DNA of 64,000 bases from Anaerolineales bacterium (lineage in GTDB: Bacteria > Chloroflexota > Anaerolineae > Anaerolineales > E44-bin32). The DNA lies in NCBI GenBank assembly GCA_034430795.1, contig DAOUDJ010000116.1:254-64253 (forward strand). Reading direction: 5' to 3'. Made by a program: the position numbers and the translations under genes. This document shows, in pieces, positions 1 to 9,709 of the stretch; the stretch's first letter is position 1, and the number at the start of each line of letters is the position of its first letter. The notes below the pieces were generated by a model, which did not search any database, was not told the origin of the DNA, and was given only the letters and a program-made list of their open reading frames with translations.

Positions 1-323
1 ACGCCAATCGATGGAATAGTAAGTAAGCCCCCCGGGGGTTGGTGTGAAAGGGGATCTGCCTGCTTGCTCAAGCAAATAATGTGTCTTCCAACCCAATATG
101 AGTTCAGGTGCCGCCGTTCTTAACATAGAACCGATCTGTGCCCTGCCAGGACGATTGCCTTTGCTCGGTCGTCGCTTCCCTCGAATGCACCGATAGATCA
201 TCCTTTGAAGCTCGAATGCCGGCGAAACCATGCGGGTGGTTGGTAATCATTAGGGTTTCACTGATCTTCTGCACCCAAATCGCGTATACTCATGAGTAGC
301 TATAGCATTTTAGAGGTTATCCA

Positions 324-884
324 ATGCCGAGATTCCCAGCGGTATTCTTGGACCGTGATGGTGTGATCATTGAGAATCGTGCGAATTATATTCGCGGTTG
401 GGACGATGTTAACTTCCTGCCTGGTATCTTTCCCGCACTGCGGCGTCTCTTCGCAAGCGCCTACCGAATTGTGATAGTGACAAATCAATCAGCTATTGGG
501 CGCGGTTTACTTACGCTTGAGCTAGCGAACGAAATCAATACCAGAATCGTTAATGCGATCGAACAACAAGGCGGACGGATCGATTCCGTGCAGATGTGCC
601 CGCACACACCACAGGATAAATGCTCGTGCCGCAAGCCTGAGCCGGGCATGCTTCTCCAGGCCAGCGCCGAATTGTCCCTCGATCTGGCGACCTCATTCAT
701 CATCGGCGATTCTAGGTCCGACTTGCTGGCCGGCAAGGCTGCTGGGATCGGGGATCTGGCCCTCGTCCGCACAGGTTTAGGTGCTGACCAGGAAACGCTC
801 TTGTATGCAAGCGACTTATATTCGTTTCATGTATTCGATGACTTAGCGGATGCGATCACCAGACTTCCACTCACTCTAGCCTGA
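324..884 (+). CDS. gmhB: D-glycero-D-manno-heptose-1,7-bisphosphate phosphatase (HAD family IIIA)
   Basis: HAD motif FLDRDGV, VTNQSAIGRG, Zn-binding CPH...CSCRKPEPGM and IGDSRSD. HddA/GmhA domains occur in the same window. Confidence 0.9.
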   Translation: MPRFPAVFLDRDGVIIENRANYIRGWDDVNFLPGIFPALRRLFASAYRIVIVTNQSAIGRGLLTLELANEINTRIVNAIEQQGGRIDSVQMCPHTPQDKCSCRKPEPGMLLQASAELSLDLATSFIIGDSRSDLLAGKAAGIGDLALVRTGLGADQETLLYASDLYSFHVFDDLADAITRLPLTLA

Positions 885-902
885 GCTTAACTCGAGGGAA
901 GC

Positions 903-938
903 AAAAAGCCGGACAGGCTATGCTGTCCGGCTATCTTT
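903..938. terminator. Probable bidirectional intrinsic terminator between convergent gmhB and wzc-like genes
   Basis: 10-bp perfect stem AGCCGGACAG (907-916) / CTGTCCGGCT (923-932) with a 6-nt loop, an A-run before it and ATCTTTT after it. Confidence 0.7.
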
Positions 939-1119
939 TAAACCTAGCTCATCCAATCAATTTCAACTGTTGATTGATCTTACTCGCGCAACCGATATCT
1001 TGGCGATGATGGGCTAAGTTGATTGATCAGAACCCGGTATCGGCTATGGCAGTCGCTCCTAGAGCATGAGTTCGTGCCATCCGTGACATTATGCATGCAT
1101 CTGGCGTGCATAAGTCGTC

Positions 1120-2775
1120 TCACTTGTCATCCTCTTCTTCGACAAACGCCGGCAATTGCTCCCGTGGTGGTTCACTTACATCCGATCCATCCACCTCAGC
1201 GGATATCGCTTTCCCTCCATCTCGAGATTGACTGAGATAGGGTGTGATCCCGTACGAACTCACCATATACCTTGGAATACGATTGACAACGATACCTAGA
1301 ATGTTCCCATGACTTTGATGCAACTGATCCATGAGAATACTCGCTGCACGCTGGTCAATTTCACCCGGTCGTATGACAAGCAATACTGCATCAACCTTAC
1401 TGGCAAGCAGTAGCGTTTCGGAAACAACAACAGACGGACTGTCGATGACCGCCAGGTTTATTTTTTTGATATGAAGTTGTGCGAGCAGGCGCACAACTTC
1501 AGCCGGTTGGAAAACTTGAGTATAGTCATCCCGTCGAGCGCCACTTGTAATTATTTTTAAGCGGGCATCATCCGTTGATTGTGTAATTGTTTTTAAGGTA
1601 AGAGACTCCTGAAGCGCATCACCCAAGCCAGGATATAACTCAGCGCCAAATCGACGATGGAGATCCGGATCTCTCAAATCCGCATCAACCAGGGTAATCA
1701 TCTGACCCCGGCGGGCAAGCTGGACTGCTAGGTGAGCTGCCACCGTGGTCTTGCCCGCTCCCGGTTTCAGGCTGGTGACGAGCAACGACCGGGGCGGTGA
1801 TTCGCCAAAGCGAAAGGACAAGTTCGTGGCAAGAAGTTCGAAGCTGAGCGCTTCCTGTGAAGTGATGGCCAGGGGAGTGGAGACGTCATGCCCCTTAGAC
1901 GACACCCGAAGTAGGCGCGCATCAGGGATAAAGCCGATAATTGGAAGTTGAAGCGCAGCAGATATTTCCTCTGGGGTTTTGAGCCGGTTATCAAAGAACT
2001 CTACCAAGTACATTCCACTTCCACCCAGCGCAATTCCTAAAAGCGTCGCAAGAGATACGATGACTGCTCGGTCCGGACCGATCGGTTTTGTCGGCAGGAG
2101 TGCGGATTCAAATACACGAAGAGTATTCGAAGCGCCAGACCTCGAGTTTGCAAGTAGATTGGCGTAGTTCGTCTGAAAGAGGAACAGTTTCTCCTGCAAA
2201 GCGATTTGAGTCTCTCGCGTATGCTCTAAATCGGATGCACTTACCATTTCTACCAAAATGAATTGAAGGTCTGCGATCTCCGTCTGCGTTTTTGTAATTA
2301 TTGTCTGCAGGGAATCTAACTGGTTGGTGACGAATTCAGCGCGAACCTGATCTTCTTGCTCCGAGCTTGAGGGACTCTGGATGATGATCTGACGCGCGAG
2401 CTCATTGGCCACGGTCTGTGCCCGTTCGGGCGAGGTGTCTGTCACACTGATCTCAATGAGTTGGTTATCCAACACGGCGCGCACGGAGTTTTCAGGCAGC
2501 TTGCTCAAGCCAAGAGACGTCCTGGCTGCCTCCTGAATTGGTTCACGCATCGCTAAGCTTGCGTAAATTGTAGAAAGCTGCTGCCCTAGGAAGAAATCCC
2601 CACTATTCGGATTAGGATTTTCAAGAGTCTGTCCAATGATGAGCGTAGACGTTGCCCGGTAGGTGGGAGGGATATTCCGCAGCGAAACAATGCTTGATAT
2701 CGCAGCAAGAGCCCCTGCGGTCGCAAGCAACCACCACCATCGTCTCAAGGGTAAGTACAGTCGATTTGATTTCAT
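1120..2775 (-). CDS. wzc: Polysaccharide co-polymerase / BY-kinase fusion (Wzz domain + CpsD/CapB tyrosine kinase)
   Basis: N-terminal TM plus PTYRATSTLIIG Wzz motif, coiled coil, second TM, then Walker A PGAGKTT, A' LVDADLRDP and B VIDSP. Short Tyr-containing tail (RYMVSSYGITPY). Confidence 0.88.
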   Translation of the reverse strand: MKSNRLYLPLRRWWWLLATAGALAAISSIVSLRNIPPTYRATSTLIIGQTLENPNPNSGDFFLGQQLSTIYASLAMREPIQEAARTSLGLSKLPENSVRAVLDNQLIEISVTDTSPERAQTVANELARQIIIQSPSSSEQEDQVRAEFVTNQLDSLQTIITKTQTEIADLQFILVEMVSASDLEHTRETQIALQEKLFLFQTNYANLLANSRSGASNTLRVFESALLPTKPIGPDRAVIVSLATLLGIALGGSGMYLVEFFDNRLKTPEEISAALQLPIIGFIPDARLLRVSSKGHDVSTPLAITSQEALSFELLATNLSFRFGESPPRSLLVTSLKPGAGKTTVAAHLAVQLARRGQMITLVDADLRDPDLHRRFGAELYPGLGDALQESLTLKTITQSTDDARLKIITSGARRDDYTQVFQPAEVVRLLAQLHIKKINLAVIDSPSVVVSETLLLASKVDAVLLVIRPGEIDQRAASILMDQLHQSHGNILGIVVNRIPRYMVSSYGITPYLSQSRDGGKAISAEVDGSDVSEPPREQLPAFVEEEDDK

Positions 2776-2834
2776 AAAAGCTCCTTATTCTTCTGGCCTC
2801 CATACTGTCAAATTAGGCACATCGACCGGGTTAT

Positions 2835-2973
2835 ATCCCCCACCGCGGTCTTCGTATACAAATCCCTCGCCCGGATGCCTGTTTCTTTCGTCAGGAGATC
2901 TGGCTATCCTTCCGTTGGCCGGTTGATCTCTGAAGCAGCTTCCAGCTCGGTTTGGGTATCTGCTCCCATAGGA
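2835..2973. repeat. Dispersed ~140-bp direct repeat, copy A (copy B at 31308-31445)
   Basis: Manual alignment shows roughly 80% identity, including an exact 26-nt core TGAAGCAGCTTCCAGCTCGGTTTGGG (2931-2956 and 31403-31428). Confidence 0.85.
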
Positions 2974-2980
2974 TACTACG

Positions 2981-4064
2981 TAGATTCAACTCGTAAGTGC
3001 AACTTTGAAGGTTGGAATAAGAGGTAAGCTGCAGTAGCATCTGTACTTCTTAGACCACCACGTCAAAGGAGCACCGACACCAGCAGAGCACCGGCACGGT
3101 GTGAGAACCTACACGCAGCTTACCCAGGAACAAAGATACCAGATTTACCCACTTCTGAAAGCAGGACATAGACAATCGGAAATTACACACCATATGAAGG
3201 TTAACAAATCCACGATCAGCAGAGAACTGAGGCGCAATCATGGATTGAAAGGATATCGACCCAAGCAGGCTCATCAGTTCGCTTTGAACAGACGCAACAA
3301 GGCCTGGTTTCGCATAGAAGCTTCTACCTGGATTTTGATCGAAGCGTTGATCAGCCAGGAATGGAGCCCGGAGCAAGTGTCGGATTGGCTCAAGGCGAAT
3401 TACGGTCTCCGGATCAGCCATGAATGGATCTACTAGTACATTCTCATGGATAAACAAGCGGGAGGAGATCTACCATCGTCACCTACGATGCCAGAAGAAG
3501 CGCTATGGGAGCTATGACCGGCGCGGAAAGCTCAAAAACAGGGTGAGTATCGACGAGTGGCCTGCTATCGTTGATACCCGTCAACGCTTGGGTGATTGGG
3601 AAGTGGATACGATTATCGGAAAAGGACATCGTCATGCCATTGTCTCCCTGACCGAGCGCAAATCTCGCCTTTCTCTGCTGAGAAAGGTTGAGCGCAAGAC
3701 CGCTCAGGCCGTGGCGGATGCTGTTATTGAGCTCATGAAGTCGCTGCCTGGTCCGAACCCATACGATCACGGCGGATAATGGCTAGGAGTTTGCGGACCA
3801 TGAGCGTATTGCGAAAGAATTGAATACTGATGTCTACTTTTCTCATCCCTATTCATCCTGGGAACGAGGCTCAAATGAAAACATGAATGGTCTCGTTCGC
3901 CAGTACTTTCCGAAGAAGTGCAGCTTCGCCACAATCACTGAGACTGAAATCGAATTCGCCATGGAGAGACTCAACAACAGACCTAGAAAATGCCTTGGAT
4001 TCAAATCACCAAATCAAGTATTCTTCAATCATTCACCCGCTGTTGCACTTAGTAGTTGAATCTA
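2981..4064 (+). mobile_element. IS30-family insertion sequence, degenerate
   Basis: 23-bp terminal IRs TAGATTCAACTCGTAAGTGCAAC (2981-3003) and GTTGCACTTAGTAGTTGAATCTA (4042-4064), 21/23 match, enclosing an IS30-type transposase. No clear TSD. Confidence 0.9.
3101..4059 (+). pseudogene. IS30 transposase pseudogene
   Basis: HTH (YTQLTQEQRYQI...STISRELRRN), WSPEQ, SHEWIY, GDWEVDTIIG, TITADNG*EFA and WERGSNENMNGLVRQYFPK. In-frame TAG at 3434-3436, a second TAG in DNG*EF, and frameshifts. Confidence 0.9.
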
Positions 4065-4610
4065 GGTTTTGATCCATACCGTTAGTATCAGATAAAAGAA
4101 GGAATAAATGCATTTCGTGGGCGATTATTGACAGAGTCGTTGGTGCGCTTTTTCTGGCAACCGGGCTGCTCAAGCTTCATAAAAGTAAAGTCTGACTACG
4201 TATTGGGGAAATAATCGCCTGAGCAAACTAGCAAAGATTATTCAAAGCCAAGGATTAGTCATCAGTCGAAATATACTTTTTACGTGATCTTGGCTAGTTA
4301 CCACCCATTTTCTCTTTGATAGCGTCAATGATGTTAACCGCTGCGTCTCAGTCATTAAAGCTAGCTTTCATATACTGCAGATATATCACACACTGACGCT
4401 AGTAGGTGGAGTTTACGAGAACTTAGGATGGGGTATTATGCAACCTCTTTGAAGAGAGATCATACTCTGGATCGATCTATATAGCATCTCCTCCTTAATT
4501 CCTTCAGAAACGCGCCAAGCACATGGCATTGAGGTTTTCTGATTGGGAGTTCAGACTATCTGCCAGATTTTATTATAGCTTTCGATTGTTTATTAAACTG
4601 CTTAAGTTCA

Positions 4611-5918
4611 TTACTTAATGAGACCTTCAATTAGGTCGACCGCCCTCACTGGACCATCGTAGTCAGCCACCTGTTTCTGCAGCCAGCTCGCACTTGAGCA
4701 AAATCGCTCTTCATGCAGCAGACGGTGTACTGCTCGGCGGAGTTGGAACGCATCAAGTGTTGACCGAGACGCAATAAGAAAGGAAAAAGGTCTTCCCTGC
4801 CACCGAACCTGCACTGGCTCATAGGGGCCGTCGCTGTGCCGGATTACGATGCCTGCACCACTCGCTTCCAATCGACGGCCGTTCGCCTCCTGTTCACTGT
4901 GAAAGGGTATGATCAGGCTTGGCACACCTAAACGCACCGTTTCCATCATTGTGCCGTATCCACCGGGAAAGACGACGACGTTGCTGCGGGCGATCACTGC
5001 CGACCCCGGGACCCAGCTTTTAATATTGAAATTTTCCGGCGGTTTAGGTAGGTCAGATGGTTGAATCCGGGCTCCTGTCGATACTACGACCTGGATCGGA
5101 AGATCCTCGAGAGCCTCGGACAGCATTTGGAGCAGTTGACGTCCACCGACTAGCGTAGCACCACCTCCAACGGTAATGTAAACCATAGGTTGATCAGTGG
5201 AAAGCTGGTCGAGCCAGTTATCAGTCTCACCCGTGTGATGGTTAATCTGGGTCAATGGTCCCACATAGTAGGTGTCGGGCAATCCCAGTGGCAAGGGATC
5301 CAGCTCAGGAATACTTGGAACGAGGAGTAGATCACCGGTCAACAGGTCTTCAGCCCTTTTGATAAGTGGCAATCCCCAACTCTGAAGTGCCGGATTAAAC
5401 ACGGGTCGGACGTCGGGACTGACCAGGTTGGGGGGCGGTAGTTCCCACCAAATCAACCGAGGACAGGTCGGGTGAACGACTGATTTGATGATTTGAACTA
5501 CGGGAATTCCAATTCGCCGACCGATGATCGAGGTTAGTGGCCAGGTATCTCCAATGAGCACATCGGGTTGAAACCGACCCACTATGTTCAGTTGTTGCTC
5601 TGTCCACCGAAATACCACCCCGGGGTTATGAAAGCCATCCCGGGGAATCTGGTAGTTCATATCGGATACGATAGTATAAGCTGGAGCATCTTGGGTCTCA
5701 CGACGCAGCCGCTTAGCCAAATGTCTGAAGCTAGCGGTTAAGGGGAGGCGTGGGCGCACCACTAGATTTCCTGCCGCCTCAACTCGAGGCACGTGTTGCC
5801 CCTCAATAACGAATGCAGTCTCCCAACCCTGCTGGTTCAGTTCCGCGGATAAAGCCAGACAGCGGCTGATGTGACCAAATCCTCCACCCATGTAGCTGGG
5901 GAAGAACAATGCTTTCAC
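4611..5918 (-). CDS. GT1-family (MGT/UDP-glucuronosyltransferase-like) glycosyltransferase
   Basis: N-terminal GGGFGHISRCLALS and C-terminal WVPGSAVIARSNVVVFPGGYGTMMETVRLGVPSLIIPFHSEQEAN donor-binding signature. Confidence 0.85.
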   Translation of the reverse strand: MKALFFPSYMGGGFGHISRCLALSAELNQQGWETAFVIEGQHVPRVEAAGNLVVRPRLPLTASFRHLAKRLRRETQDAPAYTIVSDMNYQIPRDGFHNPGVVFRWTEQQLNIVGRFQPDVLIGDTWPLTSIIGRRIGIPVVQIIKSVVHPTCPRLIWWELPPPNLVSPDVRPVFNPALQSWGLPLIKRAEDLLTGDLLLVPSIPELDPLPLGLPDTYYVGPLTQINHHTGETDNWLDQLSTDQPMVYITVGGGATLVGGRQLLQMLSEALEDLPIQVVVSTGARIQPSDLPKPPENFNIKSWVPGSAVIARSNVVVFPGGYGTMMETVRLGVPSLIIPFHSEQEANGRRLEASGAGIVIRHSDGPYEPVQVRWQGRPFSFLIASRSTLDAFQLRRAVHRLLHEERFCSSASWLQKQVADYDGPVRAVDLIEGLIK

Positions 5919-5954
5919 CGCATCTTCACTCCTAATCTGGATTCGCTGAGGATA

Positions 5955-7847
5955 TCACCTCGCTGGACCAAATTGCTTGTGCCACTTTCCGAAAGTAAGT
6001 AATCGATATAAGAGAACGGTAATCATATCGTCTCCATTTAGTTGCTGTATAAAAATCTTATTTATTCTCGGGATGTCGAAAATTCTAGGGTCAAGACACT
6101 CTGGATCCCGTAGGACATCATAGATCGCGTTTTTCATTTTTTCATTATGCCTTATCAATTCAGCATGATTCGGCCATGAACCCTGAGTATAGGTAGGATC
6201 GGGTGGTTGGCGAGAGACGAAAAGATGCAGGCTGGTTGCTAGCCTTCCTCCGACAGCCAATCCCCATTTTAAATAATCTGGAAGGTAGGGACTATATCCA
6301 CTATTGGAATCAGGTATGGCTGCGAGCCTAGAATCTAACTTCGCTAAAGCTCTTATCCATATCCTGTTATTAGATCTGAACAGTAATGGCATCCTTAAGT
6401 GGAGATCCAAGACGTCGTTGTCAAATGCAATGTTTCTCTCGTTTACAAATGTTCTAAGAGAGATCTCAAATAAATATGCGGGATTTCTTGCTTTATAGTA
6501 GTTATCAAACCATATGAATTTGTCATATACATTCGTACAATGTCCTAATGTCTCGCTCAGGATGCTTCCGACAGAGCTAAGGAGGACATCACCTAAGTTT
6601 GATGCGTAGGGTTCAACAAAGAGTTGCTTAGGATTCAAACGATACATACTATATTTCCACCTTGTCCTGACTGTCATCGGCAAACTCTCCTCTGACAACT
6701 CTTCAAGGCCAATATTGCAACTCGCACCAAGGAAGTTGATGTTTCTTTGAGGAAGATTGGTGCCTCTGAAATAGCCCTCAATCGCAAAACCGTGGAATAA
6801 CACGTCGCATTCGGCCCGTATCTGTTCAACAAAACCAAGGCCATGGGCATGAACAAAACTGTACATCCCATCCCCAATTTGAGCTGCTTTGTCCACGAGA
6901 TTGGAATAATAGTCTCCATCGCGTTGAAGAAAAGTATGTTTGCAGCCTCTAGTTTCAGCTATTTTCCGGGCTAATTTCACTTCTCGGTTTTCGAAATCTC
7001 CAAACGTGAAACACACCATTTTCTTATCTGATGCGGCCAATACCATTCTTGAATCTAATCCTCCACTTAACAATAACCCAAAACGAAGATCTCCTTGGGT
7101 TCGCCTCTCAGCTGATAACTTAATCGCTGCCGCCAACTCATCAACAAAGAAGCTTTCTGGTTTCATCTCTTCTTCGAATGTCATTTCCCAATACTGAGCC
7201 TGGGTGACATTGCCATCTCGATAATGAAGGATTGTAGCAGGTGCAAGGAGCTTTACATCCTCATAGAATGTCTTTGTCCCCAAAATCCGCCCAAAAGTGA
7301 TAAATTCATAAACCGAAGTAATGTCTAATTCTCGCGGGACTTCAGTCGATTGGAGTATTGATGCTAGCTGCGTGCTAAACAGTAAGGTCTTATTGTCCGT
7401 TAGAATGTGGAACATTAGATGTGAGGAGAAACGATCGTTGACCAATAGAAGTTCATGATTAGCCAAGTTATATATTGTGATGCAGAAACAACCATTAAGT
7501 TGTTTGAAAGCGTCTTTTCCCATTTCTTCGTAAAGGTGCAGACAATACTCGGCATCATTGTCTGTAAACTTGAATACATGCCCATTTTGTACGAGTCGCT
7601 GCTTCTGTTGTTCGTAGTCGAAAACCTCCCCGTACATAACTATAAACATGGATTTATCTTCATTAAAGATAGGTTGGGGGTGTGGATTCGTGGCAGCATA
7701 ATGCACACGAGATATGGAAAAGAAATTATCACTCCACTGGTCAATACGATCACTTTCAGTATAGCGTATTGATTTGGACATACTTTTAAGTAATGTGGTC
7801 GGATGACATCCTGTACTACTGTTTATAAACCCGACAATTCCACTCAC
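5955..7847 (-). CDS. Asparagine synthetase-like ATP-dependent amide ligase (N-terminal Ser in place of Cys)
   Basis: Ntn-like N-domain (MSGIVG, VMYGEVFD, LNGCFC, NDRF) and synthetase PP-loop LLLSGGLDSR. Confidence 0.85.
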   Translation of the reverse strand: MSGIVGFINSSTGCHPTTLLKSMSKSIRYTESDRIDQWSDNFFSISRVHYAATNPHPQPIFNEDKSMFIVMYGEVFDYEQQKQRLVQNGHVFKFTDNDAEYCLHLYEEMGKDAFKQLNGCFCITIYNLANHELLLVNDRFSSHLMFHILTDNKTLLFSTQLASILQSTEVPRELDITSVYEFITFGRILGTKTFYEDVKLLAPATILHYRDGNVTQAQYWEMTFEEEMKPESFFVDELAAAIKLSAERRTQGDLRFGLLLSGGLDSRMVLAASDKKMVCFTFGDFENREVKLARKIAETRGCKHTFLQRDGDYYSNLVDKAAQIGDGMYSFVHAHGLGFVEQIRAECDVLFHGFAIEGYFRGTNLPQRNINFLGASCNIGLEELSEESLPMTVRTRWKYSMYRLNPKQLFVEPYASNLGDVLLSSVGSILSETLGHCTNVYDKFIWFDNYYKARNPAYLFEISLRTFVNERNIAFDNDVLDLHLRMPLLFRSNNRIWIRALAKLDSRLAAIPDSNSGYSPYLPDYLKWGLAVGGRLATSLHLFVSRQPPDPTYTQGSWPNHAELIRHNEKMKNAIYDVLRDPECLDPRIFDIPRINKIFIQQLNGDDMITVLLYRLLTFGKWHKQFGPAR

Positions 7848-7860
7848 AGTAAGGATGCCC

Positions 7861-9420
7861 TCATAATCTCGTTAAAAGATACTTCTTTATCAATCTAACG
7901 TCACCAAGAATGTCATAACTTCGAACAAGGGATTGTATCAGGTAGATAACTGCCAGGTAGATCAACCCGCCTATAATACATACTCCAATGAAAATCGAGG
8001 CAGCAAGGACAAAAGACTGCTGATTTGGATCCCAATTCAATGTCAGAAAATAAAAGCATGCTGCCATAATCAACGAACCGAGCAAAGGTGGGCCGATGCT
8101 GAGAGCATAGTTCTCCCATGGCGCTCTGGTGACCTTTCGGGTCAGTGGATACCAAACAGCGGCCATCCCAATCGCGCTCAAAATCACACAAAGAGCTGCG
8201 CCAGAAATTCCCAGAAGATCCGTTAATGGATAGATGCAGATTAGCATAATTAGGCTTCTGACTAACTGCATTCGAAACTCAAAATTAGGGTTCCCACTCC
8301 CGATAAAAAGGGGGCTTCCAGTGGAGACAACAGACTTGATCAGCGCCGCTATGGCAAGCAACTGCATTACTTGTATCATCGGTATCCACTTCTCCCCTAA
8401 AAATACAGTCGTGAATTCTGGAGCCAAAGCAACTAACCCTAAAGCAGCGGGAATCGAGATTGCAGTCGTCAGGCTCATTGTACGAAAATACGCTTTTTTT
8501 AAGGTATCTTCCTGATCTTGAATCTTCGAATAGGTCGGGAACGCCACTCTCCCGATTACATAGGTAATCTCAGTAGCTGGCACATTTGCTATTCGATAAG
8601 CCAATTGATAGATTCCAAGGGATGCTGAACCCAGGAACCTCCCCACAACAATATTGTCGATTTGCGCACCCAGAAAAATCCATACATTAGAGCCCAGGAT
8701 CCACTTACCATAACTAAATAATTCTTTTGCCATAAGGAACTCTATTTTGGGCCGAGGCCGATAAGGATGTATGATGTAACTCACAATACATTTTACGAGA
8801 GTCCCCGCTAACAACCCCAACACTAGTGCCCAAGCGCTTCTTAAGATAATAGCAGCAACAACAGAAACAATGAAGTCAATTATTGTGCCACTGATTTCAA
8901 ACGCGAATTGTTTTTTAAATTGTAGTTCTTTTTGGAAGTAGACTACACCAATATTAAATGAGGATTGCAGGAGGATGGAGAAAGCAACGACTTGAAGGAT
9001 GGATTCGGCCTCTGGGTCGTTGAAGAAGGTTGCAATATACGGCGCAGTCAAAAATAATATGGTAGTTAGAGCAAGCCCTCTCAGAATCGTCACCGTCCAG
9101 GCCGTATTAAGGTATTCCTTAATGTCCTCCTTCTTTTGAACAAGTGCCGGCAGGAATCCTATCTGTGAGAAAGCCTCCAACATTGAGATCGCTAGCAATG
9201 CGATGGCCATCAATCCGAAATCTGAGGGAGACAGCAGCCTGGCAAGAATTATGAGCTTAAGAGTTGTGAGGGCAAAACCAGACCCTCTTAACATGAACGC
9301 CCAGAAACTGCTTCTTACAGCTTTCCTTGATAGTTTATCATTCGATTCCGCAGAGTCTTTATTAGTTGAGTTAGTTTCCATTGCCCCATCCACAAAACGA
9401 CAATAATAGGGAAATCTCAA
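7861..9420 (-). CDS. wzx: PST-family polysaccharide flippase (WzxC-like)
   Basis: Polytopic; LARLLSPSDFGL, ALVQKKE, ELFSYGKW, DNIVVGRFLGSASLGIYQLAYRIA. The real start may be Met14 at 9381. Confidence 0.9.
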   Translation of the reverse strand: MRFPYYCRFVDGAMETNSTNKDSAESNDKLSRKAVRSSFWAFMLRGSGFALTTLKLIILARLLSPSDFGLMAIALLAISMLEAFSQIGFLPALVQKKEDIKEYLNTAWTVTILRGLALTTILFLTAPYIATFFNDPEAESILQVVAFSILLQSSFNIGVVYFQKELQFKKQFAFEISGTIIDFIVSVVAAIILRSAWALVLGLLAGTLVKCIVSYIIHPYRPRPKIEFLMAKELFSYGKWILGSNVWIFLGAQIDNIVVGRFLGSASLGIYQLAYRIANVPATEITYVIGRVAFPTYSKIQDQEDTLKKAYFRTMSLTTAISIPAALGLVALAPEFTTVFLGEKWIPMIQVMQLLAIAALIKSVVSTGSPLFIGSGNPNFEFRMQLVRSLIMLICIYPLTDLLGISGAALCVILSAIGMAAVWYPLTRKVTRAPWENYALSIGPPLLGSLIMAACFYFLTLNWDPNQQSFVLAASIFIGVCIIGGLIYLAVIYLIQSLVRSYDILGDVRLIKKYLLTRL

Positions 9421-9709
9421 ATGAGAAATCTAGCAGTGAACACCAGCAAATTGTCACTTATATAGGACCTGATATGGGAGGTTCTGGTAAAGAGATCATT
9501 TGGTTTAGGTATTAATTAGGTAAATAAAGTCAAATGCCGCGAGATGATGATCGCATTGGTATTTGTAAATTGGTTGTTTGATTGCTAAATCTTTTATCCG
9601 TGTATATGGCTAATAGCATGCTTGCAAGATGAAAGTGTGAAGCGCAGCCCTTTATCATATTTTTTCTAAACCATTTCATCTGGTGGTGCCAGGTGTAACC
9701 TGGTCACCT

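Noticed and set aside
141-164. Minus-strand peptide AKAIVLAG resembling a nucleotidyltransferase start (the missing HddC)
   Set aside because: No GG/GTRL continuation, a stop follows within 7 codons, and there is no start codon or RBS. Too short to support.
4070-4600. AT-rich gap with a strong AAGGAGGAG and short broken frames on the minus strand
   Set aside because: It could be a decayed gene, but no recognisable motif could be reconstructed.
5955-7847. Lasso peptide cyclase interpretation of the AsnB-like genes, or a RiPP role for the SPASM radical SAM
   Set aside because: No precursor peptide, B1/RRE or B2 protease gene was seen. The context is glycan biosynthesis.
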